Part shown: one piece after another, positions 1-6,678 of the stretch
Numbering within the stretch: the stretch's first letter is position 1
How the letters are laid out: every line of letters begins with the position of its first letter
Assembly: GCA_002787405.1 (NCBI GenBank)
Contig: PCWQ01000013.1
Coordinates: 1-56,100 of the forward strand
Length of the DNA stretch: 56,100 nucleotides
Direction: 5' to 3'
DNA from: Candidatus Komeilibacteria bacterium CG11_big_fil_rev_8_21_14_0_20_36_20
Lineage (GTDB): Bacteria; Patescibacteriota; Patescibacteriia; UBA1558; GWA2-36-10
Translations under genes and position numbers: made by a program
The notes under the pieces: generated by a model
Seen by the model: only the letters and a program-made list of their open reading frames with translations
Told to the model about the DNA's origin: nothing
The model's database searches: none

Positions 1-76
1 TCTCCTTTCTTTATATGCCTATTATATCATATGGACAAGGTGTCTTAAATTTGGGGTACCTGCCACCCTGAGCAAC

Positions 77-1048
77 GTGATGGAATACCTGAATGGCATG
101 GCAGAGCTCGGATGGGACAGAAATAGCTTCGTCGGCAAGTGCATGGCACTCCGAAAATTCTTCGAATTCTACCGGCTGCAAGGCTACAAAGTAATCGACG
201 AAGAACTCATCCCGATCCCGGACAAAGAACCAAAACTACCTCGCGTAGCGAGCGATGAACAGTATAAGCAGCTTGTCGCGGCAATTCCGCAAGACACCAA
301 CGACCCACGACACATTAGAAATCTAGCGATTCTCGGCCTCCTTTGGGACACAGGAGCACGAAACGGAGAAGTATGCTCCCTTAACGTGGATGACCTAGAC
401 CTGAACGAAAAGAGAGCGATAATTCGAACAGAGAAAGCAAAGTCTCGCCGACCATTCCGAGAGATCTTCTGGACAGACGATACCAATGACTATCTGGTGC
501 GTTGGCTTAAGAAGCGAGATCACCTTACGAAAGTCATGAAGTTCGAAGAGCCGGGAGCACTCTTCGTATCGGTGACTAGCGTGAAATGTGGCGACAGGTT
601 CTCGATTAAGGGTGTGGGCGAAATGTTGCGACGATACTGCAACAGAGCAAAAATGCCGTACATGAATGCCCACAGCTTCCGGCACCACCGCGGACATCAC
701 ATTATCAAGAGCGGTGGATCGACGGCAGACGTCATGAATATTCTGGGCCACGCTTCGGTGCAAAGCACGACCATCTACACGATGATGCACGGTAAAGAGC
801 TGGAACAGCGCGCACGCCTCTTCCTTACGGAAAGTAAAAACGACTTCGCCGGAGAAAGGGAACGCGACCCAGGATTCGATGATGCATTGCAAGGACTGGT
901 CACATTCCTCCGGAACGAAAACCAGGGCAAAGAAGCTATTACCGTCGATGAATTTCAGCGACAGGCCGAGCACTTCTCAAAGCACGGGCTCTACATGCAA
1001 CGAACTCGATCCAAGACTAAAGTGCCTTATCCACAGTACGTAACTTGA
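77..1048 (+). CDS. Tyrosine recombinase / phage-type integrase with a short N-terminal core-binding region
   Basis: 323-aa ORF. Catalytic-domain motifs DTGARNGE (Arg I), HSFRHHRGH (H-x-x-R) and LGHASVQSTTIYT (His plus Tyr nucleophile). GTG at 77 is followed by ATG at 80. Lies in a G+C-rich block unlike the rest of the window. Confidence 0.85.
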   Translation: MMEYLNGMAELGWDRNSFVGKCMALRKFFEFYRLQGYKVIDEELIPIPDKEPKLPRVASDEQYKQLVAAIPQDTNDPRHIRNLAILGLLWDTGARNGEVCSLNVDDLDLNEKRAIIRTEKAKSRRPFREIFWTDDTNDYLVRWLKKRDHLTKVMKFEEPGALFVSVTSVKCGDRFSIKGVGEMLRRYCNRAKMPYMNAHSFRHHRGHHIIKSGGSTADVMNILGHASVQSTTIYTMMHGKELEQRARLFLTESKNDFAGERERDPGFDDALQGLVTFLRNENQGKEAITVDEFQRQAEHFSKHGLYMQRTRSKTKVPYPQYVT

Positions 1049-1076
1049 CAGGAGTTGACAGGGGAATATAATAGTA

Positions 1077-1313
1077 GTGAAAGGATTCACAACTATGCCT
1101 CTATCAACATTCAAACAAAAACAAGTTCAGGAAATGAAAGACAAAGCGGTGCGCCTGTACCAGCAGGGGCTGGACACGCGCACCGTTGCGAAGATGCTCA
1201 AGGAATTACATGGCTTCAAACGAAGCCATACTTGGGTATGGGAGGCCGTAAAAGACCACGACAGTTTATCCACTTCCAAGAAGTTGACAAAAACTGACAG
1301 ACGAGTAAAATGA
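1077..1313 (+). CDS. Small helix-turn-helix DNA-binding protein (excisionase/regulator-like partner of the integrase)
   Basis: 78-aa ORF (GTG 1077; alternative ATG 1095). The segment GLDTRTVAKMLKELHGFKRSHTWVWEAV looks like an HTH. Same high G+C as the integrase and 29 nt downstream of it. Confidence 0.5.
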   Translation: MKGFTTMPLSTFKQKQVQEMKDKAVRLYQQGLDTRTVAKMLKELHGFKRSHTWVWEAVKDHDSLSTSKKLTKTDRRVK

Positions 1314-1483
1314 CAATAGGATCATTGAAAAGCGAATACGCCTACTCGTCTACGAGGGGGAAAGCACAACAGGCAAAAGGGCCGGTTGCGACTCCTCGCA
1401 GACGAGCAGTCGAGAATCAAAGCACGGGTGGCTTCCCCAGCACCGAACCCCCTGTGGCACTTTTTACACTAGAAGAAATATAA
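1310..1483 (+). CDS. Hypothetical 57-aa ORF coupled to the HTH gene
   Basis: ATGA start/stop overlap with the preceding ORF (ATG 1310-1312, TGA 1311-1313). Translation: MTIGSLKSEYAYSSTRGKAQQAKGPVATPRRRAVENQSTGGFPSTEPPVALFTLEEI. Its stop TAA (1481-1483) is the first three bases of the 18-bp direct repeat. No recognisable family. Confidence 0.25.
   Translation: MTIGSLKSEYAYSSTRGKAQQAKGPVATPRRRAVENQSTGGFPSTEPPVALFTLEEI
1345..1406. repeat. Imperfect 13-bp inverted repeat (CTCGTCTACGAGG / CCTCGCAGACGAG) with a 36-bp spacer
   Basis: Arms at 1345-1357 and 1394-1406 are reverse complements at 12/13 positions. Located inside the GC-rich cassette downstream of the integrase/HTH genes. Confidence 0.5.
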
Positions 1484-1498
1484 GAAGTGTCATGGAAA
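1481..1498 (+). repeat. Direct repeat copy 1, TAAGAAGTGTCATGGAAA
   Basis: Perfect 18-mer also present at 1611-1628. Flanks extend the similarity to about 30 bp with a few mismatches (AAATnTAAGAAGTGTCATGGAAAnTAAAA). Sits at the GC-rich to AT-rich transition. Confidence 0.8.
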
Positions 1499-1524
1499 GT
1501 AAAAAAAATTGATTCAATTTCTAC

Positions 1525-1614
1525 ATGGGAAATAAAAATAATAAATCTGGAGTTGGTCTTAAGCGAGGAACAGTTAGGCTTGCCCCACATAACCGCGAAT
1601 GGAAAAAAATTTAA
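1525..1614 (+). pseudogene. N-terminal fragment of a GrpB/UPF0157-family gene (29 codons then stop)
   Basis: Translation is MGNKNNKSGVGLKRGTVRLAPHNREWKKI*. The GLKRGTV-L-PH---EW string is what I recall as the typical GrpB N-terminus. The reading frame ends at the TAA that opens repeat copy 2. Confidence 0.45.
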
Positions 1615-1628
1615 GAAGTGTCATGGAA
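1611..1628 (+). repeat. Direct repeat copy 2, TAAGAAGTGTCATGGAAA
   Basis: Identical 18-mer to 1481-1498, 130 bp downstream. Confidence 0.8.
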
Positions 1629-1671
1629 AATAAAATAAACAAGAATTTCTAAGGCCTAACCCAAGCCTGTC

Positions 1672-1692
1672 ATGCTGAATTTAATTCAGCAT
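1672..1692 (+). repeat. Perfect 9-bp hairpin (ATGCTGAAT-TTA-ATTCAGCAT) upstream of the GIY-YIG gene
   Basis: Read directly. Preceded by GTC, giving GTCATGCTGAA (1669-1679), which recurs inverted as TCCAGAATGAC at 2101-2111. Confidence 0.7.
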
Positions 1693-1726
1693 CTCATGCC
1701 AATAAACAATTAAAAGAAAAGCGATT

Positions 1727-2011
1727 ATGAAACAATATTTTGTTTATATTTTAACAAATAAAAATAACAAAGTGCTTTACACAGGCGTGACTAGTGATTT
1801 GATAGAACGGATATATCAGCATAAAGAAAAATTAGTTAAAGGTTTTACTTCAAGATATAATGTAGATAAACTCGTTTATTATGAAATATTTGAAGATATA
1901 TCAGAAGCCATATCTAGAGAAAAGCAAATAAAAAATTTGGTGAGACGAAAAAAGTTAGAATTAATTAATAAATTTAATCCTGATTGGAAAGATTTGTATA
2001 ACATATTATAA
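1727..2011 (+). CDS. GIY-YIG nuclease family protein (UPF0213-type small stand-alone GIY-YIG)
   Basis: 94 aa. YFVYILTNKNNKVLYTGVTSDLIERIYQHK ... REKQIKN is the classic GIY-(x10)-YIG/YTG, R and E/N motif arrangement. Confidence 0.9.
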   Translation: MKQYFVYILTNKNNKVLYTGVTSDLIERIYQHKEKLVKGFTSRYNVDKLVYYEIFEDISEAISREKQIKNLVRRKKLELINKFNPDWKDLYNIL

Positions 2012-2020
2012 TTAAAAACT

Positions 2021-2113
2021 CTGTCCTCCTGGAGCATAGCGATAGGATCTCATTAAACTGCTATGTAGTAAATTAACGGAGATTCTATCGGCCTATGGCC
2101 TCCAGAATGACGG
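2021..2113 (+). repeat. Long imperfect hairpin (about 28 bp of pairing, 27-nt loop) downstream of the GIY-YIG gene
   Basis: Arm 2021-2051 (CTGTCCTCCTGGAGCATAGCGATAGGATCTC) pairs with arm 2079-2113 (GAGATTCTATCGGCCTATGGCCTCCAGAATGACGG). It includes G-T wobbles that work only on the plus strand. Confidence 0.65.
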
Positions 2114-2142
2114 ATCACTCTCAATGATGAGCATTAAAAAAC

Positions 2143-2715
2143 ATGAAAATAATTTTAGGATCAAAATCAAAAGGTAGAAAACAAATACTTGAGGAAATGG
2201 GCATGGATTTTGAAATTATGGTTTCTGATATAGACGAAAAAGCAATTAGATTTGATGATGCCGAAAAACTGGTACTAGCTTTGGCTAGAGCAAAAGCAGA
2301 AGCTTTAAAACCAAAAATTTTTCAACCAGCAATATTAATCACATCTGATCAAGTAGTAGTTTGCAATAAAAAAATTATAGAAAAGCCAGAAAATGAAAAA
2401 CAAGCCAGAGAATTTTTACAGGGGTATAGTAATTTTCCAGCCAGAACAGTAACATCTGTTGTGGTAATAAATTTAAAAACTGGAAAACAAGCAGAAACAG
2501 TTGATACTGCCGAAGTATATTTTACTCCTTTCAGCGAAGATGAAATCACCGATCTTATAAACGAAGGAGAAATATTTCATTTAGCCGGCGGATTTACGGT
2601 TGATGGTCAGAAATGGGAAAAACATATCCAGAAAATACAAGGCACTAGAGATAGTGTCATGGGTTTGCCTAAAACTATTACCGAAAAGTTAATTAAAAAA
2701 GTTCATGGAAAATAA
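2143..2715 (+). CDS. maf: Maf-like nucleoside triphosphate pyrophosphatase
   Basis: 190 aa. Maf-like layout: N-terminal ILGSKSKGRKQIL, central SDQVV...IIEKP, C-terminal LAGGFTVDG and VMGLP. Confidence 0.8.
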   Translation: MKIILGSKSKGRKQILEEMGMDFEIMVSDIDEKAIRFDDAEKLVLALARAKAEALKPKIFQPAILITSDQVVVCNKKIIEKPENEKQAREFLQGYSNFPARTVTSVVVINLKTGKQAETVDTAEVYFTPFSEDEITDLINEGEIFHLAGGFTVDGQKWEKHIQKIQGTRDSVMGLPKTITEKLIKKVHGK

Positions 2716-3127
2716 TTTAATTCTACAAGTTGGCGTAAAAATACTTCTCCAAAATCAAAAAAATAAATATTTATTATTGCGTCGGTCTTTGGAAAAATAT
2801 CCGGAAATTCAAGGCCGCTGGGATATTGTTGGTGGCAGAATCAATACCGGTCAAACTTTAATGGAAAATCTGCAACGGGAAATAACCGAAGAAACAGAAT
2901 TAAAACTTGTGGGCACTCCCAAGCTGATTGCTGCTCAAGATATTCTCCGAAAGACCGGCCATCATGTTATCCGCCTAACTTATCTTGGTCAAGCTGAAGG
3001 AGATATTAAATTAGATACTAGTGAAAATGATCAGTATCAATGGTATACTCGTCAGGAATTAGAAGCTTTAGATGATATTGATGTTTATTTTAAAGAATTA
3101 ATTGACAATCAAACTATATGGGTTTAA
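2705..3127 (+). CDS. NUDIX hydrolase
   Basis: 140 aa. Variant Nudix box GGRINTGQTLMENLQREITEETEL. Overlaps the maf stop by 11 nt. Confidence 0.8.
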   Translation: MENNLILQVGVKILLQNQKNKYLLLRRSLEKYPEIQGRWDIVGGRINTGQTLMENLQREITEETELKLVGTPKLIAAQDILRKTGHHVIRLTYLGQAEGDIKLDTSENDQYQWYTRQELEALDDIDVYFKELIDNQTIWV

Positions 3128-3606
3128 ATAATAAAAAAATTGTATATTTTGCTGGTGCTATCAGAGGAGAACGCATAATGGAGAAAATTATCAAAGATAT
3201 TGTTGCCTATATAAAAAACTTAGGATTACAAGTATTAACTGAACATGTAGGGGCTGATGATCCTATAGCATCCTTTGCTGATAAAATTGGAAAAACCAAA
3301 AAAGATTTAACGGCAGAGGACATAGAAGAGCAAGATATCCAATGGCTTAATCAAGCCACTCATGTTATTGCAGAAATATCAGGCGCTAGTACTGGAACGG
3401 GTAGAGAAATTGAATATGCTAGGACTAAAGGCGACTTTGGTAAAGTGCCAGCGATAATTTTATGCCTCTACCAAATTGAAAGAGAATTTTATGCTTCACC
3501 AATGATCAGAGGAATGAGTAATAACCGTTATCCTAATATCATAATTAAATCTTATATAGATATAAATCAAGCAAAAGAGATTATTAATGAATTTTTAAAT
3601 AAATAA
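3118..3606 (+). CDS. DNPH1/Rcl-like 2'-deoxynucleoside 5'-phosphate N-hydrolase (nucleoside 2-deoxyribosyltransferase superfamily)
   Basis: 162 aa. VYFAGAIRGER ... LTEHV ... EQDIQWLNQATHVIAEISGASTGTGREIEYA ... ILCLY ... SPMIRGM parallels the animal DNPH1 sequence as I remember it (YFCGSIRGGR ... LTEHV ... EQDLEWLQQADVVVAEVTQPSLGVGYELG ... SAMIRG). Overlaps the preceding gene by 10 nt. Confidence 0.7.
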   Translation: MGLNNKKIVYFAGAIRGERIMEKIIKDIVAYIKNLGLQVLTEHVGADDPIASFADKIGKTKKDLTAEDIEEQDIQWLNQATHVIAEISGASTGTGREIEYARTKGDFGKVPAIILCLYQIEREFYASPMIRGMSNNRYPNIIIKSYIDINQAKEIINEFLNK

Positions 3607-3711
3607 AAAAAGCCGCGAGAATGATGTCAAGGCTTTTTGTACAAGGAACTAGTTCTTTAAGATACATTTTTGTATAAAAGAAACATCATTGTTCCCCTTG
3701 ACTCCCGCGGC
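3604..3711 (-). terminator. Long GC-clamped hairpin followed by a U-run on the minus strand (probable terminator of 3820-4107, possibly bidirectional)
   Basis: GCCGCG 3612-3617 pairs with CGCGGC 3706-3711. GTCAAGG 3626-3632 pairs with CCTTGAC 3696-3702. GGAAC 3645-3649 pairs with GTTCC 3691-3695. A7 on the plus strand at 3604-3610 gives U7 after the hairpin on the minus strand. Confidence 0.4.
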
Positions 3712-3819
3712 AGCCTAACAATGTCATACCCCTTTTGAGGTAAAGTAGAAAGGGCGGCTAATCCCTCTACAGTAGCTTAATAGTAGCAAATTAAAAGAAA
3801 AACACAAGAAAACTTTTTC

Positions 3820-4107
3820 TTAATCAGAAATTTGAAAAAACAATTTTGGCTTCCAGAAGCGTAAAACAATAATGCAAATGAATAAAAATGAAGCACTAAA
3901 GAGCACAAAATTAATGGCCCAGGATTGCCAAAAGATCGGTAAGGTAGTGATAAAATTATAAGTCCATACAAAAATCATGAAACAAAGCAGAAAAGTAATC
4001 AGCTCGGCAATAAATTTGATAAACTTATAAATTATCTTTAGAACGTAGAACAACGTTTTGCAAACAATAACCAATAATTTTTCTAAGATACTTAACAAAA
4101 CCGTCAT
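3820..4107 (-). CDS. Small membrane protein, unknown function
   Basis: ATG at 4107 is preceded by AAGGAG with a 5-nt spacer. About three hydrophobic helices. The 4140 start in the ORF track lacks an RBS. Confidence 0.55.
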   Translation of the reverse strand: MTVLLSILEKLLVIVCKTLFYVLKIIYKFIKFIAELITFLLCFMIFVWTYNFITTLPIFWQSWAINFVLFSASFLFICIIVLRFWKPKLFFQISD

Positions 4108-4179
4108 GTTATCTCCTTTTAATAAGAACAATTTTATCAAGAAAAAATAACATAATAATTATTTTTTGTCAACAATATT

Positions 4180-4608
4180 ATGGAGCAACAAAAACCAAAA
4201 GTAGGAGTCGGCATTATGATTATCAAAGACGGGCGGACTCTCTTAGGCAAAAGAAAAAGCTCACACGGAGCAGGGGAATATGCCTCTCCCGGCGGACATC
4301 TGGAATATCTGGAATCATTTGAGGATTGCGCCAAGCGGGAAATTAGAGAAGAGTGCGGTCTAGAGGTTAAAAATATTCGCTTTCAATTTCTGGCTAATAT
4401 TAATCAATACGCGCCGAAACATTACGTACACATCGGGTTAATAGCCGATTTCAAAAGCGGGGAACCAAAAGTACTAGAACCGGACAAATTGGAATCTTGG
4501 GACTGGTATGAATTTAATCAACTGCCGGAGCCGATGTTTAAAAGTTGCCGACTATCTTTTGACAGTTATCAAACAGGAAAAAATTATTATGATCTCAACA
4601 ATGACTAA
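4180..4608 (+). CDS. NUDIX hydrolase (MutT-like)
   Basis: 142 aa. Canonical Nudix box GGHLEYLESFEDCAKREIREECGL. Confidence 0.85.
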   Translation: MEQQKPKVGVGIMIIKDGRTLLGKRKSSHGAGEYASPGGHLEYLESFEDCAKREIREECGLEVKNIRFQFLANINQYAPKHYVHIGLIADFKSGEPKVLEPDKLESWDWYEFNQLPEPMFKSCRLSFDSYQTGKNYYDLNND

Positions 4609-5140
4609 TCAACCCTTAAAAATTAAAGTTGGCTCCTATAATCCAGTTAAAATTTCCGCTGTGGAAGAAATTTTGCTTGAATATAGCCACTTGACTCCAG
4701 CTGAAGTAAAAGGGATAGCTGTAAATTCCAAAGTGTCTGATCAGCCAAAATCACTTAACGAAACTATACAAGGAGCTATTAATCGAGCACGCCAGACTTA
4801 TGAAGACTGTGATTATAGCTTTGGCATTGAATCTGGATTAATGACTGTGCCCCAAACTAAAACTGGTTATATGGATATTTCTGTTTGTGCTATCTATGAC
4901 GGCCGTGAATTTCATTTGGGTATTTCATCAGCTTTTGAGTGCCCTTTAAAAGTCACTGAATATATGATTAAAGGTGGGCTCAATATGAATGAGGCGTTTT
5001 ATAAAGCCGGCCTGACTGATAATCCTCAAGTCGGATCAACTCAAGGGGCAGTCAGTATTTTAACCAAAGGCCGTTTAACTAGAAAAGAATATACCAAACA
5101 AGCCATTCGAACAGCTCTAATTCATTTGGAAAAAAACTAA
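4589..5140 (+). CDS. YjjX/DUF84-like non-canonical purine NTP phosphatase (ITPase/XTPase)
   Basis: VGSYNPVKISAVEE ... VSDQP ... GIESG ... GAVSILTKGRLTRKEYTKQAI resembles the E. coli YjjX pattern. Start placed at ATG 4589 (or 4601); the 4508 start in the ORF track would overlap the Nudix gene by 100 nt. Confidence 0.7.
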   Translation: MISTMTNQPLKIKVGSYNPVKISAVEEILLEYSHLTPAEVKGIAVNSKVSDQPKSLNETIQGAINRARQTYEDCDYSFGIESGLMTVPQTKTGYMDISVCAIYDGREFHLGISSAFECPLKVTEYMIKGGLNMNEAFYKAGLTDNPQVGSTQGAVSILTKGRLTRKEYTKQAIRTALIHLEKN

Positions 5141-5142
5141 CT

Positions 5143-6648
5143 ATGGAACAAAAATACAAAGATTATTACGGCTACAGAATACTGGAAATAATTCCCGGAT
5201 TTTTGGTTTGGCTGACTTTTATCGGAGTTATTGCCCTGTCCTTTTATAAACCTTTGGCCGGCGTTTATCTGGTGATTGCTTTTTATATTTATTTTGTGCT
5301 GCGGATTTTTTATATGCTTATTTTTCTTATTACTTCTTGGTTTAAATATCGCCACGCTAGCCAGACAAAATGGTGGCCGTATTTACGCGAACATCATCCC
5401 AGTTGGTCGGAATATTACCATTTGATTTTTTTACCAACTGCCGGCGAGCCCTTAGAAGTGGTTGATAAGACTTTTGAGCATTTAAGCCGGACCAATTATA
5501 ATCATCAAAAAATAATTGTGGTTTTGGCTGGAGAAGAAAGGTTTGTTGAACAATTTAAAACTATCGCTGAACAAATCCAACAAAAATACAGTAAAATTTT
5601 TTATAAAATTTTAATTACTGTTCATCCTAAAAATATCAATGGCGAAATCGCCGGCAAGGGTTCTAATCTCTATCATGCCGGACACGAAACTAAAAAATAC
5701 ATTGACCAACAAGCCATAGATTACAAAAAGATAATTGTTTCTACTTTTGATATTGACACCGTCACTCATCCCGATTATTTCGCCTATCTGACTAATAAAT
5801 TTATCAGCCACCCCAATCCTTATCGGGCCAGTTTCCAACCCATGGCTTTCTATCATAATAATGTCTGGGAATCAGATATTATCACTCGTGTAGTGGCTAA
5901 TTCTACCACTTTTTGGTTACTAACAGACTTGGCCCGCTCTGATCGGCTTTTTACTTTTTCTTCCCACAGCATGAGTTGGACGGCTTTAGTGGATATCGGC
6001 TTTTGGCAAAATAATATCGTTACTGAAGATTCGCGCATATTTTTACAGGGTCTTATTCACTATAATGGTGATTATCAGGTTGAACCAATGTATATTCCGG
6101 TTTCAATGAATACAGTCTATGTTGGAAAATTTTGGAAAAGCATGCGCAATCAATATAAACAAATGCAACGCTGGGCTTGGGGGGTAGAGCACTTTCCTTA
6201 TATGGTCTGGCATTTCAAAAAAAATAAAAAAATATCACTAAAGAAAAAAATAACCTATATTTGGAACCAGACAGAGGGTATTTATACTTGGGCCACGGTG
6301 CCAATTTTAATTTTTGTCCTTGGTTATTTGCCTTTATATTTGGCCGAAAAACAAAACGTGACCACTGTTTTAACCCAAAACGCTCCTCTAATTTTAGAAA
6401 ATTTAATGCGTTTTGGTATGATTAGTTTATTTATTATCGCCCTGATGAGCGTAATAATTTTGCCACCCCTTCCTAGAAAGTTTAAGCATGGCCTAATCTC
6501 CAAATACGCCCGCTTTTCTCTGATGTTTTTACAATGGTTGATTTTCCCCATTACTATGATATTATTAGGTTCAGTACCCGCTATTGATGCCCAAACTAGG
6601 TTAATGTTGGGTAAATATCTTGGTTTTTGGGTAACTGAAAAAAAATAA
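5143..6648 (+). CDS. Membrane-embedded processive family-2 glycosyltransferase (cellulose/chitin-synthase-like)
   Basis: 501 aa. N-terminal TM helices, GT-A core with FDIDT and TEDSRIF motifs and a QMQRWAWG (Q-x-x-R-W) motif, then a C-terminal TM bundle. Starts 2 nt after the YjjX-like stop. Confidence 0.75.
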   Translation: MEQKYKDYYGYRILEIIPGFLVWLTFIGVIALSFYKPLAGVYLVIAFYIYFVLRIFYMLIFLITSWFKYRHASQTKWWPYLREHHPSWSEYYHLIFLPTAGEPLEVVDKTFEHLSRTNYNHQKIIVVLAGEERFVEQFKTIAEQIQQKYSKIFYKILITVHPKNINGEIAGKGSNLYHAGHETKKYIDQQAIDYKKIIVSTFDIDTVTHPDYFAYLTNKFISHPNPYRASFQPMAFYHNNVWESDIITRVVANSTTFWLLTDLARSDRLFTFSSHSMSWTALVDIGFWQNNIVTEDSRIFLQGLIHYNGDYQVEPMYIPVSMNTVYVGKFWKSMRNQYKQMQRWAWGVEHFPYMVWHFKKNKKISLKKKITYIWNQTEGIYTWATVPILIFVLGYLPLYLAEKQNVTTVLTQNAPLILENLMRFGMISLFIIALMSVIILPPLPRKFKHGLISKYARFSLMFLQWLIFPITMILLGSVPAIDAQTRLMLGKYLGFWVTEKK

Positions 6649-6678
6649 TTAATTATTAAGACTATTAAAAATAAAGAT

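Noticed and set aside
184-973. Minus-strand ORFs 184-486 and 395-973 antisense to the integrase
   Set aside because: They are long only because GC-rich DNA has few stop codons. The plus frame carries the full tyrosine-recombinase motif set.
1055-1297. 80-aa ORF in an alternative frame of the HTH gene
   Set aside because: It overlaps 1077-1313 in another frame. Its Gly/Arg/Ala-rich translation is typical of an off-frame reading of GC-rich DNA, whereas the other frame gives a plausible HTH.
1481-1628. Possible CRISPR array
   Set aside because: There are only two copies of an 18-bp repeat, separated by a 112-bp spacer that encodes a gene fragment. There are no further repeats and no cas genes in the window.
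3607-3780. SRP RNA, RNase P RNA, tmRNA or tRNA in the structured spacer
   Set aside because: I looked for the SRP domain IV GGAA/AGCA loops, the RNase P GAGGAAAGUCC motif, the tmRNA ends and T-loop GGTTCGAATCC-type motifs. None is present.
4508-4588. N-terminal extension of the YjjX-like ORF
   Set aside because: It would overlap the Nudix gene by 100 nt and adds non-homologous residues. Homology begins after ATG 4589/4601.
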